Source of the DNA: an uncultured Solirubrobacteraceae bacterium
GTDB taxonomy: Bacteria > Actinomycetota > Thermoleophilia > Solirubrobacterales > Solirubrobacteraceae
DNA: 64,000 nucleotides
Assembly: GCA_963705745.1 (NCBI GenBank)
Contig: CAVPKP010000010.1
Coordinates: 105,675 to 169,674 of the forward strand
Reading direction: 5' to 3'
Shown: positions 30,932-40,347 of the stretch, in pieces
Layout of the letters: each line of letters opens with the position of its first letter
Position numbering within the stretch: position 1 is the stretch's first letter
The notes under the pieces: model-generated
Databases searched by the model: none
What the model was told of the DNA's origin: nothing
Seen by the model: only the letters and a program-made list of their open reading frames with translations
Made by a program: the position numbers and the translations under genes

Positions 30932-32421
30932 ACGAGGTACTTCCTGAGCACCTTGCCGAGCGGGCTCGTCGGGATCTCGTCGCGGAATTCGACCGTTCTC
31001 GGGACCTTGTAGTTGGCCAGTCGCTCGCGGCAGAAGGCGATCAGCTCGCCCTCCTCGCAATCGGCGGCCGGCACGATCACGGCCTTCACCGTTTCCTCTC
31101 CGGCCGTCTCGCCCGCGACGCCGACGACGATCGCCTCGCCGACGGCGGGGTGGGCGACGATCACGTCCTGCACCTCGATCGGGTCCACCTTGTAGCCGCC
31201 GACCTCGATCAGCAGCTTCTTGCGCCCCTCGAGGTAGAGCTGTCCGTCTTGATCGAGCCGGCCGAGATCGCCCGTGAAGTAGCGCCCGTCGCGAAACGCT
31301 TCGCGGTTGGCCTCCTCCGCGTCGGCGTACCCGCTGCTCGCGGCGGGGCTCGCGACGGTGACCTCGCCGACCTCGCCGGTCGGCACCGGCGCGCCCTCGT
31401 CGTCGACGATCGCGACCGTGACGCCCTGCACCGGAGCGCCGACCGACTCGAACGTCGAGACCGGGTCATCGCTCACGTTGGCGGCGATCATCCCCGTCTC
31501 GGTGCTGCCGTAGAGCTGGCGGACGAGCACGCCGAAGCGCTCGCCGAACGCCTCGAAGCTCGCACGCGGCAGCGCCGTCCCGGCCGAGAAGCAGAGCCGC
31601 AGCGAGCTCAGGTCGGCGCCCGCGGGCGCCTCGGCCATCAGGCGGAAGTTGAACGGCACGCCGGGGAAGATCGTCGCCTGCTCGCGCTCGATCAGCTCCA
31701 TCGCCTGGCGGCGCTTGAGCAGGAACGGCTGCGGATCCTCGAGGATCACGACCGTCGCGCCGGCCGCGGCGCCGGCGAACAGGCACGAGCCCATCCCCCA
31801 CGTGTGGAACAGCGGGATCGCGCAGAAGATCCGGTCCTCGGGCGTCAACCCGAGCGCCACGTACGCGCTCGCCTCCGCCGCGCACTGACCATGCGTTCGC
31901 GGCACGCGCTTGGGACGACCGGTCGAGCCGGAGGAGAACTGGTTCACGAACGTCTCCTCGGGCGCGCGCGCGGGAAGGCGCTCGGCGCTCCCTTCTTCGA
32001 CGAGCGCGTCGAGCGTGTGCGCCTGACCGTGCGCGGTGCTCGTCGTGATCACCTCGACCTCGCCGTCGAGCCCGGCGGCGATCCGCTCACAGACGCCCGC
32101 CGTGCGCTCGTCGCTGACGATCGCGCGGACGCCGGTGCTGGCGAAGTTGAACTCGAGCTCGGCCTGCTTGAACGCCGGGTTGACGGGGACGACGACCGCG
32201 CCGAGCGCGGTGACCGCGTGGAAGCTCGTCACGAACCACGGGTCGTCGGGGAGGACCAGCGCGACGGCGTCGCCGGCGCCGATCCCGCGTTGGGCGAGGC
32301 CGCTCGCCAGGCGCTCGATCCGCTCGACGAGGTCGGCGAACGCGATCCGCTCGTCGCGATAGACGAGCGCCGTGTGCTCGGGCCGGCGCTCGGCCTGCTC
32401 GTAGAGCAGCTGCATCAACAC
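30928..32421 (-). CDS. Adenylate-forming (acyl/aryl-AMP) ligase
   Basis: FSSGSTGRPK, YGSTE, TGDLG, C-terminal GKV lysine. Confidence 0.92.
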   Translation of the reverse strand: MLMQLLYEQAERRPEHTALVYRDERIAFADLVERIERLASGLAQRGIGAGDAVALVLPDDPWFVTSFHAVTALGAVVVPVNPAFKQAELEFNFASTGVRAIVSDERTAGVCERIAAGLDGEVEVITTSTAHGQAHTLDALVEEGSAERLPARAPEETFVNQFSSGSTGRPKRVPRTHGQCAAEASAYVALGLTPEDRIFCAIPLFHTWGMGSCLFAGAAAGATVVILEDPQPFLLKRRQAMELIEREQATIFPGVPFNFRLMAEAPAGADLSSLRLCFSAGTALPRASFEAFGERFGVLVRQLYGSTETGMIAANVSDDPVSTFESVGAPVQGVTVAIVDDEGAPVPTGEVGEVTVASPAASSGYADAEEANREAFRDGRYFTGDLGRLDQDGQLYLEGRKKLLIEVGGYKVDPIEVQDVIVAHPAVGEAIVVGVAGETAGEETVKAVIVPAADCEEGELIAFCRERLANYKVPRTVEFRDEIPTSPLGKVLRKYLV

Positions 32422-32427
32422 GACCGC

Positions 32428-32673
32428 TCACGCACCCTTCTGCTCGACGAACGCCGCGATGCTCTCGACCGTGCGGAAGTTCTCCGCGTCGATGTCGTCG
32501 TCGTCGACCCTGATGCCGTACATCCGTTCGAGAAAGCTAATCAGTTCGGTGATCCCGAGCGAGTCGATGATCCCGTCGGCGAGCAGGTCGCGATCGTGCC
32601 CGACCGCGTCGATGCCGCGGCCGGCTGCGATGTCGGTAACGATGAACTGCTCGATCTCGAGCGCCGTGCTCAC
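32428..32673 (-). CDS. Stand-alone acyl/aryl carrier protein (DltC-like)
   Basis: 81 aa acidic protein with GIIDSL phosphopantetheine site and ENFRTV; GGAGG RBS. Confidence 0.9.
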   Translation of the reverse strand: MSTALEIEQFIVTDIAAGRGIDAVGHDRDLLADGIIDSLGITELISFLERMYGIRVDDDDIDAENFRTVESIAAFVEQKGA

Positions 32674-32689
32674 GCCTTCACCTCCGTCG

Positions 32690-33337
32690 TCACGAGCGCT
32701 CGCGAGACGTTCGTTGGATCATCAGGACTCTGCTTCGCTTCACGGTCCACATCGGCACGTATCCTCGCGTACTGTAGATCCAACGAGCGGGTCGGTTGTC
32801 GCTCGTCACGTACCCCCACAGACGACTGTAGCCGCGCTCGTGCAGCGCGCTCTCGACGCGGTAGAGGAAGTCGTCGGCGACGCCTCGGCCGCGGTGCTCG
32901 TCCAGCAGGAAGAAATCGGACCCGTACACGTCCCCCTCACCCAGCTCGATCCCGAGCCAGCGTTTGCGAAGGTCGGGGAACAGCGTCGGCACGTCGCGAT
33001 CGACCCACCAGTAGTAGCCGACGAGCTGCGCGTCGTCGTAGGCGACGAAGCCGTGGAAGCCGTCCGCGACGTAGCGCGCGAAGCGCGCGTCGACCTCGGG
33101 CCGCCCGCGCTTGCGGTTGAGCTCGGCGAGCTCGGGCAGGTGCTCGGCGCGGAGGTCGGCGAGCCGCAGGTCGGTTTCGCGCCACGGCACGACGATCGCG
33201 TCGAGCTCGCCGACGATCACGATCACGCGTTCCTGCAGGTAAACCAGTCGCCGCAACCGGGCCCCGATCGCAGCGGCGGTCCGCCTCGCGCCGTTCGTCC
33301 GCAGGTACCGGCGCAGCCGCCGCACGTTCGCGAGCAC
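32690..33337 (-). CDS. GNAT-family acyltransferase
   Basis: HRGRGVA motif A and NRPARWIY; GTG 33337 chosen to avoid overlap with the divergent pabC. Confidence 0.8.
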   Translation of the reverse strand: MLANVRRLRRYLRTNGARRTAAAIGARLRRLVYLQERVIVIVGELDAIVVPWRETDLRLADLRAEHLPELAELNRKRGRPEVDARFARYVADGFHGFVAYDDAQLVGYYWWVDRDVPTLFPDLRKRWLGIELGEGDVYGSDFFLLDEHRGRGVADDFLYRVESALHERGYSRLWGYVTSDNRPARWIYSTRGYVPMWTVKRSRVLMIQRTSRERS

Positions 33338-33404
33338 GGCAGCAGAATGCCACAAGCAGGCGCCGGCGAGCAACTGCGCCTGCGGAGCGTCGGAGGATGC
33401 GACA

Positions 33405-34181
33405 ATGACGCTCGTGCCCGATGCACTCTGGCCGGACCGAGCGATCGGGGTGTTCGAGACGATCCTGGTCATCGACGGGTCGCCGATCGAGCTGGAGGCT
33501 CACCTCGAACGCCTGAGCTGGAGCGTTCGCGACCTGTTCGACGCCGATCTGCCGAGCGGCGCGGTCGAGCTCGTGCGCAAGCGCGCGGCGCCGCTGGCGG
33601 TCGGTCGGTTGCGTCTGACCGTCGCGCCGACGAGCGGCGGTGCGCTTGCGGCGGACGCGGTCACGGCGGTCGTCGACCCCGGCAACCTCTTCCCCTCGTG
33701 GGAGCGCGCGACCGTGCTGCGCCCGTTTGTCGTGCGCGGCGGCCTCGGCGCGCACAAGTGGGCTGATCGCGCCGGGCTCGCGTGGACCGAAGCCGGCGAA
33801 TCGACCGGCTGGCTGCCGTTGGTGCTCGACGCCGGCGACGAGGTGCTCGAGGCCTCCCGCGCGAACGTGTTCGCCGTCGAGGACGGCGTGCTCGTGACGC
33901 CCGCCGCGGACGGGCGCATCCTGCCGGGCGTCGCTCGCTCGCGCGCGATCGCGACCGCCGGCTCGCTGGGCCTCGAGGTGCGCGAGGAGCGCGTCGACGT
34001 GCAGCGGCTGATCGCCGCCGGGGAGGTCTTCCTGACGGGATCGGTCCGCGGCGTCGAGCCGGTCCGCTCGGTCGGCGAGACGCAGCTCGGCCCGCCCGGC
34101 GAGGCCGTCGCCGAGCTCGCGTCCGAGATGCGTCGGACGTGGATGGAGATGGTCGAGGCGCGTTCGACGCGCGCGTCATGA
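33405..34181 (+). CDS. pabC: Aminodeoxychorismate lyase / class IV aminotransferase
   Basis: GVFET, HLERL, HK (PLP lysine), EASRANVF, ILPGVAR. Confidence 0.85.
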   Translation: MTLVPDALWPDRAIGVFETILVIDGSPIELEAHLERLSWSVRDLFDADLPSGAVELVRKRAAPLAVGRLRLTVAPTSGGALAADAVTAVVDPGNLFPSWERATVLRPFVVRGGLGAHKWADRAGLAWTEAGESTGWLPLVLDAGDEVLEASRANVFAVEDGVLVTPAADGRILPGVARSRAIATAGSLGLEVREERVDVQRLIAAGEVFLTGSVRGVEPVRSVGETQLGPPGEAVAELASEMRRTWMEMVEARSTRAS

Positions 34182-35149
34182 GGCTGATCCTGTTCGTCGA
34201 TCCGGCGATGGCGAACGGGATGAGCCTGCTCGCCGCGTGCCTGCGGCTCGCCGCGGAGCGCGGCGATCTCGAACCCGTCGCGATCGTCGATACCGAGCGC
34301 GCGCCGCCCTCCCGCATGCAGTTGCCGCGGGCGCGCGGGGCGTGGGCGCTGCGGCGCCTGTTGAACGTGAACACGTTCGCCGAGCCGCTCGAAGCGCCGC
34401 CGCGTACGTCGGTGAGATCGCTCGCGCGGCGGCTGCGCATTCCCGTGCTGGCGCCGCGCGCGGGCGGCGTCAACGACGCGAGCTTCGTCGAGGCGGTCGA
34501 GCGCCTGCAGCCGGACGTCGCGCTCTCGCTGATGGTCAGCCAGCGGTTCCGCGCGCCGCTGCTCGCCGCGTGCGGCACGCCCGTCAACTACCACCCCGGA
34601 CTGCTGCCCGACTACCAGGGAGTCGACCCGACCGCCTGGAGCATCTACCGCGACGAGCCGAGGTCCGGGTTCAGCTTTCACCTGATGGACGAGCAGGTCG
34701 ACCGCGGGCCGATCCTGCTGCAGGGCTCGGTCGCGCTCGAGCCGACGAGCGTCGCCGCGCCGGTCGAGCGGGCGAAGACGCTCCTTGCGCGCGCGCGCCT
34801 GAACGAGCTGTTCGACCTGCTCGCGGCTCCGCTCGCCGGCGCGAGCGACCAGGACCGCCCCGGCTCGAGCTTCACCCGCGCCGACGGCGCGGCGATCCGG
34901 AACGTCGAGCAGCCCGAGCGGCTGACGCTCGCCGAGCTCGAGCTGAGGATGCGCGCGTTCGAGATCGTCGACCTCACGCTCGGCGGGCGGCGCTGGCGGA
35001 CGACCGCGTTGCGGCGCGTCGGGCGGCGTGCGCGCAGCAGGCGACTCGCGTTCACGACCGCCGACGGCGTGACCGTCGAGCCGAGCCGCGTGCTGCACCT
35101 GCCGCCGAGCCTCTACCGCGTGCTGCTGCCGGCGATCCGCTCGGCCTGA
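34178..35149 (+). CDS. 10-formyl-THF-dependent formyltransferase family protein
   Basis: VNYHPGLLPDYQG and HLMDEQVDRGPI catalytic motifs; ATGA overlap with pabC. Confidence 0.85.
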   Translation: MRLILFVDPAMANGMSLLAACLRLAAERGDLEPVAIVDTERAPPSRMQLPRARGAWALRRLLNVNTFAEPLEAPPRTSVRSLARRLRIPVLAPRAGGVNDASFVEAVERLQPDVALSLMVSQRFRAPLLAACGTPVNYHPGLLPDYQGVDPTAWSIYRDEPRSGFSFHLMDEQVDRGPILLQGSVALEPTSVAAPVERAKTLLARARLNELFDLLAAPLAGASDQDRPGSSFTRADGAAIRNVEQPERLTLAELELRMRAFEIVDLTLGGRRWRTTALRRVGRRARSRRLAFTTADGVTVEPSRVLHLPPSLYRVLLPAIRSA

Positions 35150-35161
35150 GCTCACCGACGA

Positions 35162-35233
35162 TGCCCCCGCCAGGAGTCGAACCTGGATCTACCGCTTAGG
35201 AGGCGGTCGTCTTGTCCATTGGACTACGAGGGC
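35162..35233 (-). tRNA. tRNA-Arg (anticodon CCT)
   Basis: GCCCTCG/CGGGGGC acceptor stem, ACCGC-CTCCTAA-GCGGT anticodon arm, GGTTCGACTCC T arm; CCA not encoded. Confidence 0.96.
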
Positions 35234-35294
35234 GCAAGCGCCGGCGCGGCGCGTGCGCCAAGGCTACCGGCGCTCAGGGCACGGCTGCGCGCGC

Positions 35295-36761
35295 TCACGC
35301 ACCTACCAGCTCCGGCCGGCGCTCCTCGGCCTCCCGGTCGGCGTCGAGCTCCGCCGCGACCGCGCGCGCGGTCGCGTTCGCGCGCTCGCCGGTGCTGGCG
35401 AGGCCGAGCGCGAGGACTGCGAGCCCGCACGCGCTGACGATCCACCAGCCCGTGTGACTCGCCTGCACGAAGCCGGGCCCGACGGCGGTGACGAGACCGC
35501 CTGCGGCGACGGCGCCGACGACGGCGACGCCGAGCGTCTGACCGAGCTGGCGCGAGGTGGAGGCGACGGCGGCGGCGACGCCCGCCTGCGCCGGCGGCAT
35601 GCCGAGCACGGCCGTGTTCGTGATCGGCGGGTTGACCATGCCGAAGCCGATACCGAAGATCAGATAGGCCGGCACGAGCGACGGGATCGACGTATGTGCG
35701 CCGAGGCCCGTCAGCAGCGCCGCGCCGAGCGCGATCCCGATCCCGCCGACCAGCAGCCCGATGCGCGGACCGCGCCGGCCGACGATGCGGCCCGAGATCG
35801 GCGCGAAGATCAGCGTCATCGCCGCGATCGGCAGCGTGCAGAGACCGGCCTTCAACGCCGACAGCCCGCGGACCTCCTGCAGGTACAGCGTGTTGAGGAA
35901 CAGGAAGCCGCCGAGCGCGGCGAACGCGCAGACCGCGATCACGCTCGCGCTCGAGAACGGGACGCTGCGGAAGAAGCGCAGCTCGAGCAGCGGCTCGCGT
36001 CGCCTGCGCTCGTATGACAGCAGCGCCGCGAGCGCGAGCGCCGCGAGCGCGAACAGCGCGACGCTCTGCGTCGAGAGCCAGCCGGCCGTCGGTCCCTCGA
36101 TGATCGCGTACGTCAGCGAACCGAACAGGACGATCACGAGCACCTGCCCGACCGGATCGAGCCGGCGCGGGCGCGGCGCGCGCGACTCCGGCACGAAGCG
36201 CAGCGTCAACGCGAGCGCCGCCAGCCCGACGGGAATGTTGATCCAGAAGATCGAGCGCCAGCCGACCGCGTCGACGAGCGCGCCGCCTACGACCGGCCCG
36301 AGCGCGAGGCTGATGCCGACGGTCGCGCCCCACACGCCGATCGCCTGCGCGCGCTCGCGCGCGTCGGTGAAGACGTTGCGGATGATCGACATCGCGACCG
36401 GGTTGAGCATCGAGCCGCCGATCGCCTGCAGCATGCGGAACGCGACGAGCGAGCCGAGGTTCGGCGCGAGGCTGCACAGCAGCGAGCCGAGCGTGAAGAG
36501 GACGAGGCCGAGCGCGAACACGCGCTTGCGCCCGAGGCGGTCGGCCATCGAGCCGGACAGCATCAGCAGGCTGGCGAGCACCAGCGTGTACGCGTCGACC
36601 GTCCACTGCAGACCCGACACCGACGTGTGCAGCTCGTGCCCGATCGACGGCAGCGCGACGTTGACGATCGTGTTGTCGAGCCCGACGATCAGCAGGCTCA
36701 TGCAGCAGATCGCGAGGATCAGCCGCCGCTGCGAGCGGGAGCCGATCGGGCTATCGGCGAT
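35295..36761 (-). CDS. DHA2 (EmrB/QacA) family MFS transporter; true start probably upstream of the first ATG at 36701
   Basis: LDNTIVNVALP, DRLGRKR, WRSIFWINIPVG; about 14 TM. Confidence 0.9.
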   Translation of the reverse strand: MADSPIGSRSQRRLILAICCMSLLIVGLDNTIVNVALPSIGHELHTSVSGLQWTVDAYTLVLASLLMLSGSMADRLGRKRVFALGLVLFTLGSLLCSLAPNLGSLVAFRMLQAIGGSMLNPVAMSIIRNVFTDARERAQAIGVWGATVGISLALGPVVGGALVDAVGWRSIFWINIPVGLAALALTLRFVPESRAPRPRRLDPVGQVLVIVLFGSLTYAIIEGPTAGWLSTQSVALFALAALALAALLSYERRRREPLLELRFFRSVPFSSASVIAVCAFAALGGFLFLNTLYLQEVRGLSALKAGLCTLPIAAMTLIFAPISGRIVGRRGPRIGLLVGGIGIALGAALLTGLGAHTSIPSLVPAYLIFGIGFGMVNPPITNTAVLGMPPAQAGVAAAVASTSRQLGQTLGVAVVGAVAAGGLVTAVGPGFVQASHTGWWIVSACGLAVLALGLASTGERANATARAVAAELDADREAEERRPELVGA

Positions 36762-37257
36762 CGCCGGACTCCGCCGCGAGTCGGGCGAGGGCGTCGCCGT
36801 CGAGGCGCAGAGACGTCCACTCGTCCATCAATCGCGCGCCGATCCCACGGTAGAAGCCGAGCGCGAGCTCGTTCCAGTCGAGCGCCGCCCACTCGAGGCG
36901 GCCGTCCTCACCCGGCACGCGCGCGGCGACGGCCGCGAGCAGCGCGCGCCCGACGCCGGCGTTGCGATGAGACGGAAGCACAAACAGGTCCTCGAGCCAG
37001 ATCCCGCGGCTGACGCGGAAGCTCGAGAACGTCTCGAAGAACAGCGCGTAGCCGGCCGTCTCGCCGCCGCGCTCGGCGAGCAGCGCGCTCGCCGCCGGGC
37101 GCTCGCCGAACAGCGCCTCGCGCAGGCTCTGCTCGTCGGCGCGCAGCTCGTCGCGCAGCTGCTCGTAGTCGGCGAGCGCCGCGAACAGCTCGAGCAGGCG
37201 CGGCACATCGCCGGCGTCCGCCGCACGGACGGTCGCGCCGGTCTCCGTCGCGGACAA
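36751..37257 (-). CDS. GNAT N-acetyltransferase (spermidine/diamine acetyltransferase-like)
   Basis: LADYE, IWLEDLFV, RNAGVG, LDWNELALGFY. Confidence 0.9.
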   Translation of the reverse strand: MSATETGATVRAADAGDVPRLLELFAALADYEQLRDELRADEQSLREALFGERPAASALLAERGGETAGYALFFETFSSFRVSRGIWLEDLFVLPSHRNAGVGRALLAAVAARVPGEDGRLEWAALDWNELALGFYRGIGARLMDEWTSLRLDGDALARLAAESGDRR

Positions 37258-37260
37258 CGC

Positions 37261-37851
37261 TCAGCCGCCGGCCCGGTCGGGGCGATCGGGGTAGACGTCG
37301 TCGATCGTGCTCAGCGCGACGTACGGGGCGCCCGCGGCACGCTCGATCGCCGCGCCCCCTCCCGCGAGCCGATCGAGCACGCTGAGAACGCCGCAGATCC
37401 GCCGGCCGGCGTCGTTCAACGCCTCGATCGCCGCGAGCGTCGAGCCGCCCGTCGTGACGACGTCCTCGACGACCACGCAGCGGTCCTCGTCCGCCAGCGG
37501 CGGCCCCTCGATCCGCCGCTGCAGCCCGTGGTCCTTCGCCTGCTTGCGGATGAAGAACGCCTTCGCGTGCGCGCCGCCCGCGAGCGCCGCGCACGCCACC
37601 GGGTCGGCGCCCATCGTCAGGCCGCCGACGGCCGTCGCCTTCCACTCGGCGACGTAGCCGGCGACGAGCGCCGAGAGCGCAGCGAAGCCGACCGGGCGCA
37701 GGATCGCGCGCTTGGCGTCGACGTAGTACTGCGCGCGCGCTCCACTGGTCAGCGTCACCTCGCCGATCACGAGCGCGTGCTCGCGAAGCTGTTCGATCAG
37801 CCGCCCGCGGGCGTCCGCGCGCGTGCTGGAACATTCGGCCAAAGCGTCCAT
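37261..37851 (-). CDS. pyrE: Orotate phosphoribosyltransferase
   Basis: LTSG, IRKQAKDHG, VVEDVVTTGGS. Confidence 0.93.
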   Translation of the reverse strand: MDALAECSSTRADARGRLIEQLREHALVIGEVTLTSGARAQYYVDAKRAILRPVGFAALSALVAGYVAEWKATAVGGLTMGADPVACAALAGGAHAKAFFIRKQAKDHGLQRRIEGPPLADEDRCVVVEDVVTTGGSTLAAIEALNDAGRRICGVLSVLDRLAGGGAAIERAAGAPYVALSTIDDVYPDRPDRAGG

Positions 37852-37872
37852 CTGCCGGTCTAATCTAGCGAT

Positions 37873-38265
37873 GTGCTGTCGCCGCTCGCGAGCGTCCTGA
37901 AGCTCGCATCGATCGTGCTCTGCGCGATCGTCGTCGTGTCGTTCGTGCTGTTCGTCGTCAACCGCACGAGCAGCGCCTCGCACCATCAGCAGCAGGAGCT
38001 GAACGGCGAAACGAGCAAGCCGAGCGGCGAAGCTCAGCTCGGGGTCGCCTCCAACACCGGCGTCGCGCCCGAAAGCGGCGGCGGCAAGAGCTCGGCGCGG
38101 CGCACGATCGACGAACTGTCAGAAGCGGTCACCTCGCCATTCGCCGGTCTGACGAACGGCTCCAGCAGCCAGTGGCTGGTGCGCACGGTCGACCTGCTGC
38201 TGGCGCTCGCCGTCTACGGCGTCGGGCTCAGCTTCGTCGCGCGCTCGATCCGCATCAGGGCGTAG
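37873..38265 (+). CDS. Two-TM hypothetical membrane protein
   Basis: N- and C-terminal hydrophobic helices. Confidence 0.75.
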   Translation: MLSPLASVLKLASIVLCAIVVVSFVLFVVNRTSSASHHQQQELNGETSKPSGEAQLGVASNTGVAPESGGGKSSARRTIDELSEAVTSPFAGLTNGSSSQWLVRTVDLLLALAVYGVGLSFVARSIRIRA

Positions 38266-38337
38266 ACGGCGCGCGTCTCGCGCGAGCGACCGCGAACGGC
38301 CCGGCGGGCGCTCCTCGCGAGGACTCCGCGCGCCGGC

Positions 38338-39393
38338 CTACGGTCCGGCGTGGCTGCTGACGTTGTGGCTGCCGCCGCCGCTCTCGTTGTAGACGTCGAC
38401 CGGCGTGCCTTCGTGCACCCACGCATAGATCGCCGGCGCGTCCGGGATCGGCACGCGCAGGCAGCCGTGGCTCGCCGCGTACGTCGGCACTTCGGCGTAG
38501 CCGTGGATCGCGTAGCCGCGGATGAAGTAGTTCGAGTCGACCATCCCCTCCGAGTTCGTCCCCGGCGTCTTGGAGTACACGCGGAAGCGCCCGATCACGG
38601 TCGGCGTCGACGGCTTGCCCGAGCTCATCGTGTACAGCGCGCGCACGCGGCCGCCCGGTTCGATCTCGGCGAGCACCTGCCGCGTGAGGTCGCCCTCGAC
38701 GTGGCGCCCGTCGTGCGGGTAGCGGACGTGGAAGACGCCGCCGCCCTCCTGCAGTCGCCGGAAGAAAGCCGATTCCGTGTACGGCACGCGCGAGAGGCCC
38801 GTCATCTTGCGAAACGCGACGACCGCCTGTCCGGTCGCTTCGTCGAAGTAGCCGTTCAGCGGGACGACGTAATGCAGCGCGTTCAGCTCCGACTGCAGCA
38901 GCCGCACCGACGGGCCGCTCGCGCCGGGACCGAGGTCGGGCGAGGTGAAATGCACCTGTTCGGAGCGTCCCGTGAACTGCGCCTGCTCGGGCGTCGCGTA
39001 GTGCACCGCGCGCGCCTGAACGACGCCGGCGCTCGCGCTCGAGTAGCCGAGGTGGAACTGGCCGGCGCCGTTGCCGATCGGCAGCACGCTGACCGTCCGC
39101 ACCTCGACCTTGCGCCCGTCGCGGTACAGGCTCACCTTGACCGCCTGCCCGCCGACGTACGGGATCACGATCCCGCGAATCACCATGCGCGATCCGGCGA
39201 TCACGAACGGCGGCTTGCCGAACGCGCGCTGGACGACCAGCTGGATGTCGCCGGCCGCCGGGGCGGCCGGCGGCAGCGGAGCCGGCGCCGGGGGGGTCGG
39301 GCTCGGCGTCGCGGGCGCTTCCACGGCGTATGCCGGAGCGGCCAGCGCGAAGCTCGCACAGGCCAATCCCAAGGCGATCCGAACCGCTCTCAT
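38338..39393 (-). CDS. Secreted L,D-transpeptidase (YkuD) with peptidoglycan-binding domain
   Basis: Signal peptide, VRLLQSEL...AVVAF PG-binding unit, AIHG...SHGCLR. Confidence 0.9.
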   Translation of the reverse strand: MRAVRIALGLACASFALAAPAYAVEAPATPSPTPPAPAPLPPAAPAAGDIQLVVQRAFGKPPFVIAGSRMVIRGIVIPYVGGQAVKVSLYRDGRKVEVRTVSVLPIGNGAGQFHLGYSSASAGVVQARAVHYATPEQAQFTGRSEQVHFTSPDLGPGASGPSVRLLQSELNALHYVVPLNGYFDEATGQAVVAFRKMTGLSRVPYTESAFFRRLQEGGGVFHVRYPHDGRHVEGDLTRQVLAEIEPGGRVRALYTMSSGKPSTPTVIGRFRVYSKTPGTNSEGMVDSNYFIRGYAIHGYAEVPTYAASHGCLRVPIPDAPAIYAWVHEGTPVDVYNESGGGSHNVSSHAGP

Positions 39394-39435
39394 CCGCGCG
39401 ATCCTATCCAGCGCGAGCGACGAGTCGCGCAGCTC

Positions 39436-40347
39436 TCATGTCACGCCTACGCGCTCGCGCGAAGCGACGCCGAGCCGCGTCAGCAGCAAACCGAGCAGCG
39501 TCAGCACCGCGAGCGCCGAGACCAGCAGCACGGCCGCCTGCGAGAAACCCCATTCCTCGAGGCTCGCGAACGCGATCGAGTTGTTGATGCAGTGCGCCGC
39601 GATGCACGGGTACAGCGACCCGGTCGCGCGGTACAGCAGGCAGAGGCCGAAGCCGAGCGCCGCGAGCGGCACGAGGTCGATCGCCGGCGCCGAGCCGACG
39701 TGCACGGCGCCGAACAGCAGCCCCGTGATCACCGCCGCCGGCCACAGCCCACGCCAGTTGCGCAGCGACGTGAAGATGAAGCCGCGAAACAGGAACTCCT
39801 CGGCGATCGGCGCGATCACGCACGTCAGCGCCGCGCTCAGCACGAGCAGCGTCGTGGTTTCGTTCGCGCCGAGCTGTTCGAGCAGCTTCTCCTTGCTCGT
39901 GTTGAACGCTTCGGCCCAGATCACGTTGAACAGGAAGAAGACGGCGAGCAGCGCGGCGAGCAGCGCGATCGAGCGCCGAAGTCGCGTCGGGCGCAGCCCG
40001 AACATCGCCGCGTCGAGCCTGCGCCCGCCGAGCTGAGCGAAGAAGACGGCGACGGCGATGAAGCCGGCGTCCTGCACCGCGGTGTCGGCGATCGTCAGCC
40101 CCGGCGGAACGTGCGACGCGGTGACGTTGACGCCGAGCGCGAGCGCGGGGATGTCGACGAGCAGGCCACCGACCGTCGCGAGCAAGAGACCGCCGAACAG
40201 CGCGACCGGCGCCATCCACGGCGGCCACGGCGGGGCGGCGCCGGCCCGTTCGGACGCGCCGCCGCCGCTCGGCGGCGGCCCCAGCTCACCCGCGCCGGGC
40301 AGGCTGGCCGGCGGCGGCTGCGGTGTCGCCTGCTCGCGCACGCTCAC
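39436..40347 (-). CDS. CPBP (CAAX/Rce1-like) intramembrane glutamic protease
   Basis: EEFLFRG, FGAVH, HCINN motifs. Confidence 0.9.
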   Translation of the reverse strand: MSVREQATPQPPPASLPGAGELGPPPSGGGASERAGAAPPWPPWMAPVALFGGLLLATVGGLLVDIPALALGVNVTASHVPPGLTIADTAVQDAGFIAVAVFFAQLGGRRLDAAMFGLRPTRLRRSIALLAALLAVFFLFNVIWAEAFNTSKEKLLEQLGANETTTLLVLSAALTCVIAPIAEEFLFRGFIFTSLRNWRGLWPAAVITGLLFGAVHVGSAPAIDLVPLAALGFGLCLLYRATGSLYPCIAAHCINNSIAFASLEEWGFSQAAVLLVSALAVLTLLGLLLTRLGVASRERVGVT

